Shown here piece after piece: positions 60,287-64,000 of a stretch of DNA of 64,000 bases (position 1 is the stretch's first letter; every line of letters begins with the position of its first letter). Source of the DNA: Veleropilina oligotropha (taxonomy: Eukaryota); NCBI GenBank assembly GCA_048128005.1, contig JBEUKZ010000084.1, positions 310,001 to 374,000 of the forward strand, read 5' to 3'. The translations under genes and the position numbers were made by a program. The notes beneath the pieces were generated by a model. That model had not been told where the DNA came from. It did no database searches and was given only the letters and a program-made list of their open reading frames with translations.

Positions 60287-61197
60287 ACAAGTTTATCGAG
60301 TTTTTATCGTCGCTCTTCGACCGCGGTATGTCAGTGTCCGCCGTCAAAGGCTATCGGGCAACGATCGCGACCACGCTAAAGCAGTGTCGTGCCCATGCTG
60401 GCCTATCAAGCGACCGAACGATATCAGATTTTATCCGATCTTACGAACTCGAGATACCGACCCGAAGAATTAAGCCACCTGCCTGGAATATCGTACTTAT
60501 TCTTAACGCATTACTCTTACCCCCGTATGAGCCGATGTCGGAGATAACCATGAGGAACTTGACGCACAAAACAGTTTTTCTGATCGCCTTAGCGTCGGGC
60601 AGGCGTTGTTCCGAGATTCATGCTTTCTCCTCCGAGCTAAGAGACATACGATTCCAGTCAGACGGGTCGGTGATACTGCGTCCCATTCTGGGCTTCTTAG
60701 CCAAGAACCAGCGGCCGAACGAGGACGCACCCGATGTTGTTATTCCCAAGCTAACGCTAGTCGGAAGGCGCGACGCAGACCGCTTCAATTGCCCGGTCCG
60801 GGCGCTTCGGTTCTACCTAGACAGAACCCGTGAGTTGCGACAGGGAAAATTACGTTTATTCATATCGTATTTGCCCACCTACACCCGCGACATTACGAGG
60901 ACTACTGTTTCGCGGTGGATTTCACAGACAGTGAGAGATGTATACATCCGCTGTGACAACGAAGACCGAACTATTTTATCGGTCCGCGCACATGAGGTCC
61001 GGGCTATTGCAGCGTCTGTAGCCTTCCGACATAATTTAAATATCAATGCGTTACTACAGGCCGGATATTGGAAAAACGCTAACGTGTTTGTAAAACATTA
61101 TCTGCGCGACTACTCAACAGGGGCTGATGGCCTGAGCAGTTTACACTGTGTTGCTGCACAAAGGGTTATTGTTAGACCGAGGTCTTCTAATCAGTAA
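58240..61197 (+). CDS. DIRS ORF3: tyrosine recombinase with long N-terminal extension overlapping ORF2
   Basis: LIALASGRRCSEIHA (catalytic R), CPVRALRFY, RAHEVRAIAAS (HxxR), GYWKN...FVKHY (W, catalytic Y). Confidence 0.93.
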   Translation: MPAPAGGSVPVSTQPALARADRQQLGPLSRECRIQVGIQPASDLNRGTTNKTRSPPKRRETSGLRPGSAGFAPKKSDISRAAQHTRILQPFLPGPETRWPLETDPRSLVPKPISSYREIPARNPLEDSSGHPSGRLGSVYRSRRRVSACPDAYHGSSVPSVYTRGDDLPIQVPTVRSIVSPVRLHENSTGPGGLPTLSRAQGTYVPRRLADPRGVPRSVPPVYELYPVIDEAPGISDQRDKILLRALDDVYVPRSRLRYGPVHREADPEAYAEPTRGYPRHPVIGHNYGATTGHCPGAHRVGSAPATDGSHGQKTVTTGFQGSLDTTDGAVDGSHRSTALVYRHDSSVVEPRFAGPVGSYIPTRAERLPVHRRFERRLGWSPRQLRDIRPMADRPSGTTYQLPRVRSRLPVSTVPLVTSPQQAYNARHGQHDCRRLHTAPGRHSLASPMRPSNRPTPLSDVPQLDDSSPTHPGKAECQSGFALSEITDYTHRVDATQPSSSGRLSPVVTTPSRLVCNRIQLPTTSVCLPVPRPGRPSGRRNVNDMGESVRVCLPTDVHSITGITEGSDRTLRDNANSAPVSHATLVSDPPRSDRRSTVSVTAETRPVNATTHPCTPRVAEPLTFTRLAVIERSLAKKGFSKATALRIYRSRRISTTKVYDYRWVKYVDWCHSRQINILRPPVNKFIEFLSSLFDRGMSVSAVKGYRATIATTLKQCRAHAGLSSDRTISDFIRSYELEIPTRRIKPPAWNIVLILNALLLPPYEPMSEITMRNLTHKTVFLIALASGRRCSEIHAFSSELRDIRFQSDGSVILRPILGFLAKNQRPNEDAPDVVIPKLTLVGRRDADRFNCPVRALRFYLDRTRELRQGKLRLFISYLPTYTRDITRTTVSRWISQTVRDVYIRCDNEDRTILSVRAHEVRAIAASVAFRHNLNINALLQAGYWKNANVFVKHYLRDYSTGADGLSSLHCVAAQRVIVRPRSSNQ

Positions 61198-62081
61198 GAA
61201 TTGATCATTTGCATATTTACTGACGCCATTTTATTTTCGTTGGCCAAACGGTGCTATGTAATTAACACCTATGGGGCAGTTCAATGTCTGTTCATTTCTT
61301 AAATCTAATTTAAGATTTTGTACTTCTCATGTCAGACCTGAGTGTTGACATAAGCCAGATCACATTGAATTTAATAAAACAACTTTTATAATCTTGCACA
61401 AATCTTAAAAAGAGAGGTTCAATATTATTATGTTCTTTGCTGTAATCGAACATACGATGTTCAATACATTGAAAAATTTTTGAATCCTTCAACATTATTT
61501 TTGAGTAACATGTCAAACTTGTTTGCTTCCTTAAAATTTATTTTAAGTGACATGTCGTCCATGTTAGCGTTCGCAAGTTGGTCATGCGAATTACTTATTA
61601 ATATCGATTATTTATAATAATCTATTAATTCTTTGCTTTTGATTTAAAGCTTTCACAACCTGTTAGGTTCCGTGTGCTTACAAATCCGACTGCATCCTCT
61701 GGCTACCGGCCTATAGGCCCGGAGTCGCATTTGGCTGCCACTGGTCCATGACACGTAAGACCTACAGGGATTTATCCTTCCGGCCGTGCCTGGGGCTGAT
61801 TGCACTTCCGTTCACCTCGTCCGACTAATACCACGGCGTATTCTCCCGGTAACACTGGTCGAAATTCTCGCTTGGTAAGAGTAGAATATAATACTCAGTA
61901 AAAATTCCACTCTAGGCGGACACAATCGACGCTTCATGCTGATTGAATTGGTGACAAGTAAGTCATTATCTTGTTTGGGTTTGTTGCAAGGAACGTCTTA
62001 CCCACCTATCCAAGGTTATTCTGGCAAGAGTAAGGACGTAAGTATGTTTGTAACTATATATGAGGTTTTAATGTAAACCTA

Positions 62082-64000
62082 ATATCTATATCAAATATAC
62101 TTACGTCCTTACTAATGCCATAATAAGCCTATTATCGCTAAATCCGGACAAGGTGGAAATGGTAATTTGCACTTCTTTTAGTAAATTGAACCCAGCTGAC
62201 CCCCTGACCTGCTCGACCTCCTCCAGTTCATGTCCAGTAAGAGCTCGCCAACTCCCGCGAGATCTTCTTGACCAAGGGTCAAGACCTCATCCGAAGTTTT
62301 CCGCTCGATTGAACAAGTCGCGTTTTGCTTTGCTCCACAATCTTTGTGATTTTTCGATCTTTTTTGAGCTCGATTTTAATAATCTATCAGCTCATAAGGT
62401 CTAGTATAGTGTTGTGAACACGTTTAGTGGAAAGTCGAGAGTCTCTTCCTGAATAAGACGCCTTCTTAGAAGTTTTCCTGTCTTCAAGAGGACAAAAACG
62501 AAATCGACACCCTCCATTGACGACGCCATCTTGGAATTCTGAAAAGACAGAAAAGAGGCCGCTCAGAGGGATATTTAAAGAAGGAAGCTCCCTAGCAATA
62601 ACTACGGAGTCAGGATAAGAGAGTTGATTATTGATATTGCTTGAATTTGCATTGCATTTCATTTATATATACGATAATTCCTCAACGACTTTTTTCTTGC
62701 TATAATTTTATGTAATAAAATTTATCGTCGTTGAAAAGCAGATTATTTAGAATTTAACTAGCGTTATTTTGGTAAATCTGCTAAATCGGGGATAGCACGC
62801 CGAATTCTAACAAATTGATATATATACATCCAAGAGGTTTTTAGGTGTAAAAGGGCGGTTTCTTAAAAAGAAAGACCTCCCGTTTCTCAATTCGTTGACC
62901 GACTGGTTTTTAAAAAAGTAAAATATAAAGTCGGTGTTTTTGGGCGTATAATCCGCCGTAAGTTCTAAGCGTATTTCAGCCTTTTCCTACTCTCGGATCA
63001 GGTACAATCGAGGTTGTAGTAGTAATTTGGTAAACTACCCGGGAAATATCCTTATCACTTTAAAAACCCTATCTCCTACCTACCCGTGTGTGTAGCTATG
63101 AAGCATTGCAGTGTTTCCGAGTGCCGACAGAAAATCCGTGGTTTTGACAAGCACTCCGAATGCACTTTTCACCGTGTATGTTCTAGCGATAAGGACCATC
63201 CATGTGGGCATTGCGTAACACTGACGAGTCGGCAGTGGGAGACTCTTTTCCCTTCGGAGAAGACAACCAGGGTATCTTCTTCCGAGGGGGCATCCACCGA
63301 GAAGCTCCAGAGGCTAGAGACAGGTTTTAACCCTTCACTTTCTCTTTCAGACCCTCTTGATGGTAGCCGTGGTGGGCCCGACGACACCTCCGAGACTTTG
63401 GGGAAAGTCCCGGAATCGTCGGGATCTCAGATTCAGGTAAGGGACCGAGTTCCGACCGATACCTCTCCTTTGGGCCTAGTAACCGCTGCTCAAAGTATCT
63501 TGCCGGCCAGTGAGATACATCGAGCGCCGCGGCGAAAAGCTGTACAGGGCAGACAAAACCTTACCTCTCCTCCGGCCTCGGAGGAGCAAGGCAGCGTTAG
63601 TCCTTCTGTGAGTCAAGTAACCTCTGAAAAGAGGCGAAGGAGACTAGCAGAAAAAGTCGATACAGTTGCTGGGCACCACGACCGTGGTCGAAGTCCCAGA
63701 CGCTCGACGCAACCCGTCCTCTCGTCCGACAATGGCGCTAGCTTAAAGGCTAATATCGCCGCTGTCGGAGCCCACGAGAGTGATGGAAGGCCAACCTCCT
63801 CTGACGGTTCTTTTCAAGACGTCCCGGGTGGTGTGGTAGGATCGGCTGCGTTCGGGGCTGAGGCGTACGGCGGGTATACCCCCGTGCCTCACCCGAGCAG
63901 GGTTACAGACCCGTATGGACTGTGGTCGCAGTCTTACGGGTCGCTCGCTCCGTTTAACACGCCTCCGGGCCGTTTCCCTGGTAGCGGTTTCCCGACAGGT
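62082..64000 (+). mobile_element. 5' part of a second, diverged DIRS element in tandem (truncated by window end)
   Basis: Left terminus CAAATATACTTACGTCCTTACTAATGCCATAATA resembles that of element 1; homologous leader and gag follow. Confidence 0.9.
63098..64000 (+). CDS. DIRS element 2 ORF1 (Gag-like), open to window end
   Basis: MKHCSVSECRQKIRGFDKHSECTFHRVC...CGHC...RQWETL aligns with element 1 Gag; no stop through 64000, hence absent from the ORF track. Confidence 0.88.
   Translation, partial: MKHCSVSECRQKIRGFDKHSECTFHRVCSSDKDHPCGHCVTLTSRQWETLFPSEKTTRVSSSEGASTEKLQRLETGFNPSLSLSDPLDGSRGGPDDTSETLGKVPESSGSQIQVRDRVPTDTSPLGLVTAAQSILPASEIHRAPRRKAVQGRQNLTSPPASEEQGSVSPSVSQVTSEKRRRRLAEKVDTVAGHHDRGRSPRRSTQPVLSSDNGASLKANIAAVGAHESDGRPTSSDGSFQDVPGGVVGSAAFGAEAYGGYTPVPHPSRVTDPYGLWSQSYGSLAPFNTPPGRFPGSGFPTG

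Larger units (their letters stand above)
54968..62085 (+). mobile_element. Full-length DIRS-type tyrosine-recombinase retrotransposon (element 1)
   Basis: 40-bp perfect inverted termini (54968-55007 and 62022-62061), short right extension with hairpin AGGTTT-TAATGT-AAACCT, and intact gag, RT/RH/MT and YR ORFs. Confidence 0.93.

Noticed and set aside
56322..60730. Minus-strand ORFs within the DIRS element
   Set aside because: These are shadow ORFs of GC-rich, dual-coding sequence, with no recognisable motifs.
61800..61870. HDV/CPEB3-like ribozyme suggested by CGTTCACCTCG
   Set aside because: I could not build convincing P1, P2 and P1.1 pairings by eye; a descriptor search would be needed.

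Overview
AT-rich, repeat-dense animal genomic DNA. The repeat families look invertebrate and plausibly molluscan (inference). Two host genes lie on the + strand: the terminal coding exon of a VAC14-like gene (8882-9023) and, about 40 kb downstream, the promoter and first coding exon of an MTSS1/MIM-family I-BAR gene (49099-49170). The most striking object is an 8353-bp Polinton/Maverick-type element (18211-26563) with AGTAGT...ACTACT ends and a 6-bp TATCGC target-site duplication. It is almost entirely a palindrome: 3.6-kb and 3.3-kb inverted arms surround a 1.4-kb core. It lacks polymerase, integrase, major capsid, ATPase and protease genes. It keeps a compact five-ORF cassette (PC4-like, membrane protein, penton/minor-capsid-like, unknown, C2H2 zinc finger), and its arms carry arrays of Pol III B-box motifs. 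It looks like an integrated copy-back/defective 'mini-Polinton', and it splits a decayed Harbinger transposase. Downstream of the MTSS exon, apparently in intron 1, lies an intact DIRS-type tyrosine-recombinase retrotransposon (54968-62085). A second, diverged DIRS follows it head-to-tail and runs off the window, and the two share a covarying structured 5' leader. The remainder is decayed Academ, Tc1, LINE, SINE, Helitron-like and MITE sequence. All family calls come from motif recognition by eye, not from database searches.
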